Below, piece after piece: positions 12,749 to 21,681 of a DNA stretch of 64,000 nt. The DNA is taken from the NCBI GenBank assembly GCA_038212275.1, contig JBBQUR010000005.1, forward strand, positions 128,001 to 192,000. The letters are read 5' to 3'. Within the stretch, counting starts at the first letter, position 1, and each line of letters opens with the position of its first letter. Below the pieces are notes generated by a model. The model had not been told where the DNA came from, searched no databases, and saw only the letters and a list, made by a program, of their open reading frames with translations. A program made the translations under genes and the position numbers. This DNA is from Planctomycetota bacterium (lineage in GTDB: Bacteria; Planctomycetota; B15-G4).

Positions 12749-13932
12749 GCGCCGCCTCCGGCGACGGGGCCGGGTTTCGTCGCGGCGGTGGCGGCGGTGG
12801 CGGTGGTGGCGGTGGCCGCGTCGAGGCCGCTGCGCGCGGCAAGGGCCGCCGCATCGGGAGCCGCCTTGCGGCCGCCGCGTTCGAAGTGCCCGCTGACCTG
12901 CAGCGTCGCCGACGTGTCGAGCGCGCGTGCGACCAGCTCGCGCGCGCCGGCGCGCAGCGACTCGCTGGCCTGCACGGCGCGCACGTTGCGCTCCATGTCC
13001 TCGGCGGTCCAGCCGCGGCTGTGCGCGATGAACGGGAACTGCGGGAACGAGAAACCCAGCTCGCCGAAGAAGGTGAGCATCTGCCCGGCGACGGCCTGGA
13101 TGTTGTCCTGCCCGCCCGTGATGACGAAGGCGGCGACCTTGCGCTGGATGAGCACCTTGTTGGCGATGGTCATCTGGTTCTGGATGCAGTTCATGCGCTC
13201 GACCATCTTGGTGTAGAGCGCGGAGGGCCCGCCCCAGCGGATGGGCGTCGCGACGAGCACCACGTCCGCCCAGTGCACGAGCGCCTCGTAGACCGGCGTG
13301 AGCTGGTCGTCGGCGAAGCGCTCCGTGATCGCGCACGGCCAGGTGCAGGCGCGCGCCGCCTTGCTGTAATTGCCTTCGCATTCGCGGAAGGGGAGCTCGC
13401 GCAGGCGCAGCAGCTTCGTGTCGGCGTTGAGCTCTGCCGCGGCGTGCTCCAGCGCGTGCTCCAGCAGGTGGTCGCTGGTCGAAAAGCGCGGGTTGTCCGC
13501 GGCCATCGCCGTGGTGGAAAGGCCCAGCACGCGCGGCTTGTCGTGCGGCTCGTGCACGACGGGGCGCGCCAGCGGGTGGGGCGGGTGCGGGGCCAGGGCG
13601 CGCGGCGTGGCCGGCGTCAGGTTGACCCAGACGTCGTTGCCGCGCACCTCGGCGGCGTAGCTCGGCACGGCTTCGGTGTCGTAGGGCGCCGGGCCGCGTC
13701 CGGTCTTCACGCTGTATTCCCAGGCGTGCCACGGGCACATCACGAACTCGCCATGCACGGCGCCACCGGACAACGGACCGCCCTTGTGATTGCAGGCATC
13801 GCCGATGGCCCACGGCCGGCCTTCCAGCCAGAAGAGCGCGAGGCGCGTGCGTTCCACGGTGAGGCCGAGCGAGCCCTTGGCTTCCAGCTCGGCGCGCGAG
13901 CAGGCTTCCGTCCAGCGCTCCGTTCCCGTCAC
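12745..13932 (-). CDS. Rieske [2Fe-2S] domain fused to flavodoxin-like NAD(P)H-dependent FMN reductase/iron-sulfur flavoprotein domain
   Basis: CNHKGGPL...CPWH; CEGNYSKAARACTWPC, VATPIRWG, ERMNC, ITGGQD; GTG start with GGGAG SD. Confidence 0.85.
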   Translation of the reverse strand: MTGTERWTEACSRAELEAKGSLGLTVERTRLALFWLEGRPWAIGDACNHKGGPLSGGAVHGEFVMCPWHAWEYSVKTGRGPAPYDTEAVPSYAAEVRGNDVWVNLTPATPRALAPHPPHPLARPVVHEPHDKPRVLGLSTTAMAADNPRFSTSDHLLEHALEHAAAELNADTKLLRLRELPFRECEGNYSKAARACTWPCAITERFADDQLTPVYEALVHWADVVLVATPIRWGGPSALYTKMVERMNCIQNQMTIANKVLIQRKVAAFVITGGQDNIQAVAGQMLTFFGELGFSFPQFPFIAHSRGWTAEDMERNVRAVQASESLRAGARELVARALDTSATLQVSGHFERGGRKAAPDAAALAARSGLDAATATTATAATAATKPGPVAGGGA

Positions 13933-14057
13933 CGGCGACTCCCGTGAGACTCGTCCCCGCGTGCCCTCGCCGCTGCGGCCGTTGCCGCAGGCGTCACGCG
14001 TGGCCGCGTGCGGCGAGCATAGCAGGCCGTCCGCGCCGGACTGATACCTTTGCCGCG

Positions 14058-15482
14058 ATGGGATCCGCGAGTGCAAGCGACAGTCCGGCAGCCGCGGCGG
14101 TGGCCCACTCGGCGTGGGACGAGGTCGCGGCGCTGGCGCGCCTGGCCGGGCCGGTGGTGGCCGTGCAGGTCGGCCTCTTCCTCATGGGCTTCGTGGACAG
14201 CGTGATGGTCGGGCACGTCGCGCACGACGCGGCCACGCAGCTCGCGGGCGTGGCGCTCGGCAGTCTGTTCACCTGGGGCATTCTCGCGCTGGGCATGGGC
14301 ACGCTCATGGCGCTGGACCCGCTGGTGAGCCAGGCCGCCGGCGCGCGCGACGGACAGGCCATCGGCCGCGCGGTGCAGCGCGGCGCCGTGCTCGGAGCGC
14401 TGCTCACGCTGCCGGCCATCGTGCTGCTGGCTGTCGCGGGGCCGCTGCTGTCCATGCTGGGGCAGCCGCCGGCGGTCGTCGAGATCGCGGCCGCCTACGC
14501 GCACTGGGCCATTCCCGGCGTGCCGGCCTTCTTCGGTTTCGTCGTGCTGCGCCAGACCCTGCAGGCGCTGCACCGGCTGCGGCCGATCGTGATCGTCATC
14601 GTGATCGCCAATGCCATCAACGTGCTGCTCGACTGGGGCTTCGTGCACGGGCGCTTCGGCCTGCCGGCGCTGGGGGCGGTGGGCTGCTCGCTGGCCACCT
14701 CGCTGTGCCGCTGGATGATGTGCCTGCTGCTGCTGTGGATGGCGTGGTCGCTCGTGGGCATGCACCTGCGGCCGTTCCGGCGCGAGGCGATGGACCGCGC
14801 GGCGCTGGCCGGCATGCTGCGCCTCGGGCTGCCCATCGGCCTCATGATCATCGCGGAGGTCGCGGCCTTCGGCACGATCACGCTCTTCATGGGACACCTC
14901 GGCCCGACGCAGATGGCGGGACATCACGTCGCGCTGAACCTCGCCGCGCTGGCCTTCATGGTGCCGCTCGGGATCTCGGCCGCCGCCGCCGTGCGCGTCG
15001 GTCACGCCATCGGCCGCGGCGATGCCTCGGGCACGCGCCGCTCCGCGACCGTCGCGCTGAGCGCCGGCGCCGGCGTGATGTGCGTGTCCGCGCTGCTCTT
15101 CGTGCTCATCCCGGAGCGCCTCGCCGCGGTCTACACGGCCGACGCGGGCGTGCTGGCCATGGCCGCGACGCTGCTGCCCATCGCGGCGATGTTCCAGGTG
15201 GCCGACGGCGTGCAGATCGTGGCCAACGGCGTGCTGCGCGGCTCCGGTGACACGCGCACGCCGATGGTGGTCTACATGCTGGGCTACTGGCTTTTCGGCC
15301 TGCCGCTCGCGCTGTGGCTGGCCTTCGGCTGGGGCCTCGGACCCGCGGGACTGTGGTGGGGCCTCGTCGCGGCGCTGTCGCTCGTGGCCATCGTGCTCAT
15401 CGTGCGCGTGCGCAAGCGGCTCGCGCAGCCGGTGGCGCGGCTGAGCGTGGAGAGCCAGCGCCCGCACGCCGCGGAGAGCTGA
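14058..15482 (+). CDS. MATE family efflux transporter (NorM-like)
   Basis: GFVDSVMVG, LRLGLPIG, FMVPLG, FQVADGVQ, GVLRGSGDT; about 12 hydrophobic segments. Confidence 0.93.
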   Translation: MGSASASDSPAAAAVAHSAWDEVAALARLAGPVVAVQVGLFLMGFVDSVMVGHVAHDAATQLAGVALGSLFTWGILALGMGTLMALDPLVSQAAGARDGQAIGRAVQRGAVLGALLTLPAIVLLAVAGPLLSMLGQPPAVVEIAAAYAHWAIPGVPAFFGFVVLRQTLQALHRLRPIVIVIVIANAINVLLDWGFVHGRFGLPALGAVGCSLATSLCRWMMCLLLLWMAWSLVGMHLRPFRREAMDRAALAGMLRLGLPIGLMIIAEVAAFGTITLFMGHLGPTQMAGHHVALNLAALAFMVPLGISAAAAVRVGHAIGRGDASGTRRSATVALSAGAGVMCVSALLFVLIPERLAAVYTADAGVLAMAATLLPIAAMFQVADGVQIVANGVLRGSGDTRTPMVVYMLGYWLFGLPLALWLAFGWGLGPAGLWWGLVAALSLVAIVLIVRVRKRLAQPVARLSVESQRPHAAES

Positions 15483-15550
15483 CGCCACCCGATCATCGTG
15501 CCGCTGCGACGGCGTGCGGTGCTGACCGGAGAGCGCATACCATTCCCGCC

Positions 15551-17554
15551 ATGCACGACGCGCCTTGTTCGACTCCGTCCGCAGCGCGCCGAGCCGTGGC
15601 GCGCCGATGCGTGGCGCGCCGATGCGTGGCGCGCAGGCCGGGCCCGCTTTCCTCCGCGCGGTCCGGTCCGCTGCGCGCACTGCGGGACATCATGCTCGTC
15701 GCCGCGTGGTGCGCGTTCGTGGCGACAGCATGCACGCCGTCGCCTCCGCCGCCGATGACACCACTGTCGCCGCCGCCTTCGTCGCCGCCGCTGCGCATTC
15801 ATGACGTGCAGGGAGCGGCTCATCGCTCGCCGCTGGCCGGGCAGCGAGTTCAGGACGTGCGCGGCATCGTCACCGCGGTGCACAAGTCCGCCTTCACGAT
15901 GCAGGAGCCGGACGCCGGCGCGGATGACCGCCCGGAGACCTCCGAGGGAGTGCTCGTCTACCTCGGCGCCGCGCCGTCGGTGAAGGTGGGCGATGCGGTG
16001 TCGGTGTCGGGCACGGTGATCGAGTACCGGCCCGACGACCGCGCCGACCAACTCTGCGTCACGGAGCTGGCCGAGTCGCCGCAGGTCACGCTGCTCGCGC
16101 ACGGCCAGCCGCTGCCGGCGCCGGTGATTCTCGGTCGCGCCGGCCGCGTGCCGCCCGCCGCCGTCTTCTGCGACGACGCGCCCGACGGCGACGTCGACCT
16201 CGGCGGCCCCTTCGATCCGGACTCGGACGGCCTGGACTTCTTCGAAAGCCTCGAGGGCATGCGCGTCGCCGTGCAGGATGCGGTGGCGATCGGGCCGACG
16301 AGCGCGCGCCACGAGCTCTGGGTGCTGGGCGACGGCGGCGCGCTGGCCAGCGGCCGCAACGCGCGCGGCGGCCTGACCTCCGGCGTCGACGACGGCAATC
16401 CCGAGCGCCTGCTGCTCGACTCGAGCCTCAAGCGCCTGCCCGATGTCGCTGTCGGCGCGCGCTTCCCGGGCCCGCTCGTCGGCGTGCTCGGTCATGCCTT
16501 CGGCAACTTCCGCATCGCGGTGCAGGAGCTGCCCGCTGCAGAGGGCGGCGTGTCACCCGACGGCAACGAGCCGCCCGCGCGCGACGGCGAACTGCTCGTC
16601 GCGTCGTTCAACCTGCTCAATCTGTCGGCGCGTACGGAGCCCGCGCGCGTCGCCGCCCTCGCAAGGCAGATCGTCAACGGTCTCGGTGCGCCCGACGTGC
16701 TGGGCCTGCAGGAGATTCAGGACGACAGCGGCCCCGCGAACGACGGCACGACCTCTGCGGCAACCACCGTGGCGCGGCTCGTTGCGGCCATCGTGGCGGC
16801 GGGCGGTCCGTCCTATCGCGGCGTGGACATCGCGCCGCTCGACGGGCTGGACGGCGGACAACCCGGCGCGAACATCCGCCCCGTGCTGCTGTACCGCACC
16901 GATCGCGGCCTGCAGTTCGTGCAGCGCGGCGCGGCCGGCGCCCGTGACGCGACGACTGTCGAACGCGATGCCGCCGGTGTCGTGCGGCTCTCGCGCAGTC
17001 CCGGTCTCGTCGCACCGCTCGATCCGGCCTTCGCGCACAGCCGCAAGCCGCTCGTGGCCGAGTTTGCGTGGGCCGGCCGCCCGCTCTTCCTCGTGGTGAA
17101 TCACTGGAACAGCAAGAGCGGCGACCAGTCGCTTGCCGGCCGGCACCAGCCGCCGGTGCGCGGCAGCGACGCACAACGCGTGAGCCAGGCGCGCGCCGTG
17201 CGCAGCTTCGTCGACGCGCTGCTCGCCGCGGATGCCGACGCCGATCTCGTCGTGCTCGGCGACCTGAACGACGTCCCCGGATCCGCGCCGCTGGCCGTGC
17301 TCACGGCCGGAACGGCCGGCCGCGCAGGCCTCACGGATCTCGCCGACGGCCTGCCCGCGGCAGAGCGCTACACCTATGTGCACGAAGGCAACAGCCAGCA
17401 ACTCGATCACATCCTGCTCAGCCCGCATCTTCTGCGTGCGCGCCCGACGGACCTGCCGGCTTTCCGCTGCGTGCACCTGAATGCGGAGTTCCACGCGCCG
17501 CCCAGCGATCACGACCCCTGCGTCGCGCGGCTGCACCCCGCCGCGACGCGCTGA
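15551..17554 (+). CDS. Extracellular nuclease, OB-fold + endonuclease/exonuclease/phosphatase domain (ExeM/NucH-like), probable lipoprotein
   Basis: IHDVQG..HRSPL, ESLEGMRV, GNPERL, VASFN, GLQEI, NHWNSK, LGDLN, LDHIL, SDHDP; lipobox ATAC; alternative start 15692. Confidence 0.88.
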   Translation: MHDAPCSTPSAARRAVARRCVARRCVARRPGPLSSARSGPLRALRDIMLVAAWCAFVATACTPSPPPPMTPLSPPPSSPPLRIHDVQGAAHRSPLAGQRVQDVRGIVTAVHKSAFTMQEPDAGADDRPETSEGVLVYLGAAPSVKVGDAVSVSGTVIEYRPDDRADQLCVTELAESPQVTLLAHGQPLPAPVILGRAGRVPPAAVFCDDAPDGDVDLGGPFDPDSDGLDFFESLEGMRVAVQDAVAIGPTSARHELWVLGDGGALASGRNARGGLTSGVDDGNPERLLLDSSLKRLPDVAVGARFPGPLVGVLGHAFGNFRIAVQELPAAEGGVSPDGNEPPARDGELLVASFNLLNLSARTEPARVAALARQIVNGLGAPDVLGLQEIQDDSGPANDGTTSAATTVARLVAAIVAAGGPSYRGVDIAPLDGLDGGQPGANIRPVLLYRTDRGLQFVQRGAAGARDATTVERDAAGVVRLSRSPGLVAPLDPAFAHSRKPLVAEFAWAGRPLFLVVNHWNSKSGDQSLAGRHQPPVRGSDAQRVSQARAVRSFVDALLAADADADLVVLGDLNDVPGSAPLAVLTAGTAGRAGLTDLADGLPAAERYTYVHEGNSQQLDHILLSPHLLRARPTDLPAFRCVHLNAEFHAPPSDHDPCVARLHPAATR

Positions 17555-17645
17555 CGCACCGCCGGCGCGCTCGGTGCAACCGGCACGAATGCCTCGACAG
17601 ATGCGACTGGCGCGCGCGGGCGCGTGGCAGTACACCTTGCGCCGC

Positions 17646-18872
17646 ATGCCCGGAGCTGCCCGACACCAATCCGCTTCGCCCGGACGCGCGCACGGCGCTC
17701 GACGGGCGCATCGTGTCTTCGCGTGGTTGCCGTGTCTCGCTGCGGCCGCGACGTTCGCGCCAGGCGCGGAGGTTGCGCTGCGCGTGCCCGCCGTGCAGGT
17801 CGCTGGACAGGTTGTCGCCCCGATCGTCGCGCCAGTCGTCGCGCCAGTCGTCGCGCCAGTTGTCGCGCCGCGAGACGCGGCAGCGGCGCAAGCTTCGGGG
17901 GCCGCGCCGGTGGAACTTCCCGCCGCTGCGCTGGAGGCCGTCGCGATCGTGTCGAGCCGCCACTTGCGTCGCAAGGGGCACATGCTGGCGGTGCCCGTGG
18001 AGCGCTATCTCGCCGGACGCGGTCCCGAAGAGCTCTACGTCGAAGACGCGACCAGCGATCCGGTCGTGCTGGGCGGCGAGGATGACAACGCGTGGATCCT
18101 CTTCCTGTTCACGTCGCCGCGGGGCATGCGGGTGGCGGTCGCCCTGCGCGACACCGTGGTGACGCTGGCGCCCGACGGGACGATCAGCAGCGCGTTCCCG
18201 CCGCGGACGTCCGAGTCGCTCATCGATCTCGTGCTGTCGCTGCGGACGTGCCGGCATGGCAACGGCGCGGCGCCCGCGCACGCGCTCGTGCAGTCCTTGC
18301 TTGCGGAGCGCGACGCGGACCTGCGCCTGGTCGGCCTGCAGCTCGCGGGTTCGAGCCTGAGGCATGAGCCGCAACCGTGGGCCGACGCGGCGGAGACGGG
18401 TGGCGCGCACGCGCTGGCGGCACTGGTCGACGAACAGCCGCTGGTGCGAAGCGCGGCGCGGGCGCTGCTGCCGGCCGTGCCGCCTGCCGTGGCGCTGCGT
18501 CGGCTGGAGGTCCTGCTCGCGACGGTGCAGCGACCCGAGGTGTGCGCCGAACTGCTCGCTGCGGCGGTCGCGCTGCTCGACACCGCCATCGGGCCGGCTG
18601 AGCCTGCCGAGGGCACACTCACCACCGTCGCCGCCGTGCGCGCCCGACTGGCGCAGCGCGTCGCCTCGGAGCTGGAGCGCGACGCGTCGACGGTGAGCGC
18701 GGCGCTTTCGGGCCCGGATGCCGCGCGGCGGGAGCTCGGCGCGCGCTGGGTGGCCGCCCTCGTCGCGGACGGCGAGGACCTGCCGACGCTCGCTCCGGAG
18801 GACGCCGGCGCACGGCTGGAGTCCTGGCTCGCGGCGCAGCGCTCGCTACCAGCGGGTCTGTCGCAGCGGTGA
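17646..18872 (+). CDS. Hypothetical exported protein with HEAT-like helical C-terminal region
   Basis: Long ORF with codon style of neighbours; ALVDEQPLVRSAA and LSGPDAARRELGA HEAT-like segments; start uncertain. Confidence 0.55.
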   Translation: MPGAARHQSASPGRAHGARRAHRVFAWLPCLAAAATFAPGAEVALRVPAVQVAGQVVAPIVAPVVAPVVAPVVAPRDAAAAQASGAAPVELPAAALEAVAIVSSRHLRRKGHMLAVPVERYLAGRGPEELYVEDATSDPVVLGGEDDNAWILFLFTSPRGMRVAVALRDTVVTLAPDGTISSAFPPRTSESLIDLVLSLRTCRHGNGAAPAHALVQSLLAERDADLRLVGLQLAGSSLRHEPQPWADAAETGGAHALAALVDEQPLVRSAARALLPAVPPAVALRRLEVLLATVQRPEVCAELLAAAVALLDTAIGPAEPAEGTLTTVAAVRARLAQRVASELERDASTVSAALSGPDAARRELGARWVAALVADGEDLPTLAPEDAGARLESWLAAQRSLPAGLSQR

Positions 18873-18937
18873 CGAGGCGCGTGCGCGCCAGCGCCCCGTG
18901 GCGCACGCGCCGTCGCGCCGCGTAACCTGTCGCTCCG

Positions 18938-20419
18938 ATGCAGCGCCTCCGGCTCAGGACCTTCGTGGACGTGCGCCCCGGCGAGGTTGGCGCACTGCTG
19001 CTCTCCTTCGCGTACTTCTTCTTCCTGTTGTGCGGCTACTACATCCTGCGGCCGCTGCGCGACGCGTGGGGCATCGAGGGCGGCACCGACAAGCTGCAGT
19101 GGTTGTTCATCGCCACCTTCCTCACGATGCTCGTGGTGAATCCGCTCTACAGCGCGGTCGTCACGCGCGGCAGCCGTCGGCGCATCGTGCCCCATGTCTA
19201 CCGCTTCTTTGCGCTGAACCTCGTCGGCTTCTACGTGCTGCTGCAACTCGACGTGGACCGCATCCACGTGGGCTACGCCTATTTCGTCTGGGTCTCCGTC
19301 TTCAACGTCTTCGTCGTGGCCATCTTCTGGAGCTTCATGGCCGACCTGTTCAGCAATGAACAGGGGCGGCGGATGTTCAGCTTCATCGCGATGGGCGGCA
19401 CGCTGGGCGCGCTGACCGGCCCGCTCATCACGAAGTTCCTGGCGCTGGAACTGGGCACGGCCAATCTGCTGCTGCTCTCGGCCGTGCTGCTCGAGGTCTG
19501 CACGCAGTGCGTCGGCTGGTTGTTGCGCCACTGCGACGCGCAGCCCGCCATGCAGGCCGGCGATGCGGCCACGAGCGCAGGCGACGCGGCCAGGAGCGGC
19601 GGCGACGCGGCTGCCGGGGCCGGCGCTCAGCGTGCTGCGAATCGCGCCACGAATCGCGCCACGAATCGCGCCGGCGGTGCAGACGATCGCGTCGGCGGGA
19701 GCATTCTCGGCGGCATCCGGCTCGTGTTCGAGGACCCGTACATGCTGGGTGTCGCGGCGCAGATCCTCTGCCTGACGACGACGGCGACGTTTCTGTACCT
19801 GCTGCAGGCGCGCCTCGTCGCGGAGACCGTGGAGGGTACGGCGGCGCGCACGGCGGCCTTCGCGAACATCGACCTCGTCGTGAACTCGCTCGAGATCGGG
19901 CTGCAGCTGTGCGTCACCGCGCCGCTCATCCGGCGCGCCGGACTGGCCAACGCGCTGCGCGTGCTGCCGTTCGTCACGGGGGTCGGCTCCCTGGTGCTCG
20001 CCGCGCAGCCCACGGTGCTCGTGCTCACCGTCTTCCAGGGCATCCGGCGCGCCGTGCAGTACGCGGTCTACCGGCCGGCGCGCGAGCTGCTCTTCACCGT
20101 CGTCGGCCGCGAGCGCAAGTACGCCACCAAGGGCTTCATCGACACCGCCGTGTATCGCGGCGGCGACATGGTCTCCGCGCAGGCTTTCGCCGGCCTCGAG
20201 TTCCTCGGACTCAAGACGGCAGGGCTCGCGCTGGCCGGCCTGCCCATCGTCGGCGGCTGGTGGATGCTCTCCGGCTTTCTCGCCCGACGCCAGCAGGAAC
20301 TCGCGCTGGCACAGTCGGCTGCGGTGAATCCACCGCTCGCGTGCGCACCGGACGCCGCCTCAGCTCTCGACACATCTCTCCATCCTCCGACGCCTCCGGC
20401 GAAAGGTCCCGCTGCATGA
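18938..20419 (+). CDS. NTP/NDP exchange (NTT/TLC-like) MFS transporter
   Basis: YYILRPLRD, FFVWVSVFN-like YFVWVSVFNVF, FWSFMADLF, RPARELLF, KYATKGFIDTAVYRGGD. Confidence 0.85.
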   Translation: MQRLRLRTFVDVRPGEVGALLLSFAYFFFLLCGYYILRPLRDAWGIEGGTDKLQWLFIATFLTMLVVNPLYSAVVTRGSRRRIVPHVYRFFALNLVGFYVLLQLDVDRIHVGYAYFVWVSVFNVFVVAIFWSFMADLFSNEQGRRMFSFIAMGGTLGALTGPLITKFLALELGTANLLLLSAVLLEVCTQCVGWLLRHCDAQPAMQAGDAATSAGDAARSGGDAAAGAGAQRAANRATNRATNRAGGADDRVGGSILGGIRLVFEDPYMLGVAAQILCLTTTATFLYLLQARLVAETVEGTAARTAAFANIDLVVNSLEIGLQLCVTAPLIRRAGLANALRVLPFVTGVGSLVLAAQPTVLVLTVFQGIRRAVQYAVYRPARELLFTVVGRERKYATKGFIDTAVYRGGDMVSAQAFAGLEFLGLKTAGLALAGLPIVGGWWMLSGFLARRQQELALAQSAAVNPPLACAPDAASALDTSLHPPTPPAKGPAA

Positions 20420-21645
20420 ACACCAGCCTCTTCCGCGATCTGTCCACCCTTGCACACGGCCTGCCGTTCGCCGGCGCCGCCCTGCTCGCCTCGCTGCTGC
20501 TCGCGACGACGACCTCGGCGCAGGACGGCCATGCGGCGCATGCCGTGGCCGCCGCCCGCGCCACGCCGGACGACGCGATGCCGAAGCCGCAGCGCATCCT
20601 CATCCTGGGCGGCACCGGCTTCCTCGGGCCGCAGATCGTGGACGCGGCGACCGCGCGCGGCCATCACGTCACGCTCTTCAATCGCGGCAAGACGCGGCCG
20701 GAGCTGTTCAAGGACCGGCCGGAGATCGAGATCCTGCACGGCGACCGCGACCCGAAGAAGGACGAGGGCCTGGCGTCCCTGGAGGACGCCGTCGTCGCCG
20801 GCACGCATTGGGATGCGGTGGTGGACACCTCCGGCTACGTGCCGCGCATCGTGGGCGCGAGCGCCAACGTGCTGGCGCCGGCCATCGACCAGTACGTCTT
20901 CATCTCCACGATCTCCGTCTTTGCCGACGACGTCGCGCAGCACAGCGCCGAGGACGGCAAGCTCGCGACGATGCCCGACGAGACCAGCGAGGACGTGCGC
21001 CAGTTCTACGGCGCGCTGAAGGTGCTGTGCGAGAAGGCCGCGGAGGCCGCCGCGCCCGGCAAGGTCACGACCATCCGCCCCGGCCTCATCGTCGGCCCCG
21101 GCGATCCGACGGATCGCTTCACCTACTGGCCCGTGCGCATCGCTCGCGGCGGCGAGGTGCTGTGCCCCGGCGACGGCGCCGATCCGATCCAGTTCATCGA
21201 CGTGCGCGACCTGGCGGAGTTCACGGTGCACTGCATCGAGCAGCGCAGCTTCGGCACCTTCAACGCGACCGGCCCCGAGCGCGAGCTGCCGATGAAGGAA
21301 CTCGTGGATGCCTGCGCGGCACAGCCCCAGGCGCCTGGCGCGACGCCGGCCACGCTCACCTGGGTGCCGACGGACTTCCTGGTAGCGCAGCAGGTCTCGC
21401 CGTGGAGCGACATGCCGGTCTGGGTGCCGCGCGGCCCCGACAACGGCTTCTCGAACATCGACTGCTCCAAGGCCATCGCGGCGGGGTTGAGCTTCCGGCC
21501 CGTGACGCCGACGGTGCATGACACGCTCGCCTGGTGGGCGACGCTGCCCGAGGAGCGCCGTGCGAAGCTGAAGGACGGCATCTCGCCCGAGCGCGAAGCC
21601 GAGGTGCTCGCCGCATGGAAGGCCAGCGAGGCCGCGCCGCGCTGA
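20416..21645 (+). CDS. NAD-dependent epimerase/dehydratase (extended SDR) with N-terminal signal peptide
   Basis: ILGGTGFLG, FNRGKT, FISTISV, YGALK, RPGLIVGPGD, QFIDVRDL; ATGA overlap with transporter stop. Confidence 0.88.
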   Translation: MNTSLFRDLSTLAHGLPFAGAALLASLLLATTTSAQDGHAAHAVAAARATPDDAMPKPQRILILGGTGFLGPQIVDAATARGHHVTLFNRGKTRPELFKDRPEIEILHGDRDPKKDEGLASLEDAVVAGTHWDAVVDTSGYVPRIVGASANVLAPAIDQYVFISTISVFADDVAQHSAEDGKLATMPDETSEDVRQFYGALKVLCEKAAEAAAPGKVTTIRPGLIVGPGDPTDRFTYWPVRIARGGEVLCPGDGADPIQFIDVRDLAEFTVHCIEQRSFGTFNATGPERELPMKELVDACAAQPQAPGATPATLTWVPTDFLVAQQVSPWSDMPVWVPRGPDNGFSNIDCSKAIAAGLSFRPVTPTVHDTLAWWATLPEERRAKLKDGISPEREAEVLAAWKASEAAPR

Positions 21646-21681
21646 GTGAATGCCCGCGCCGAGGGCGGTATACCCAGCCGC

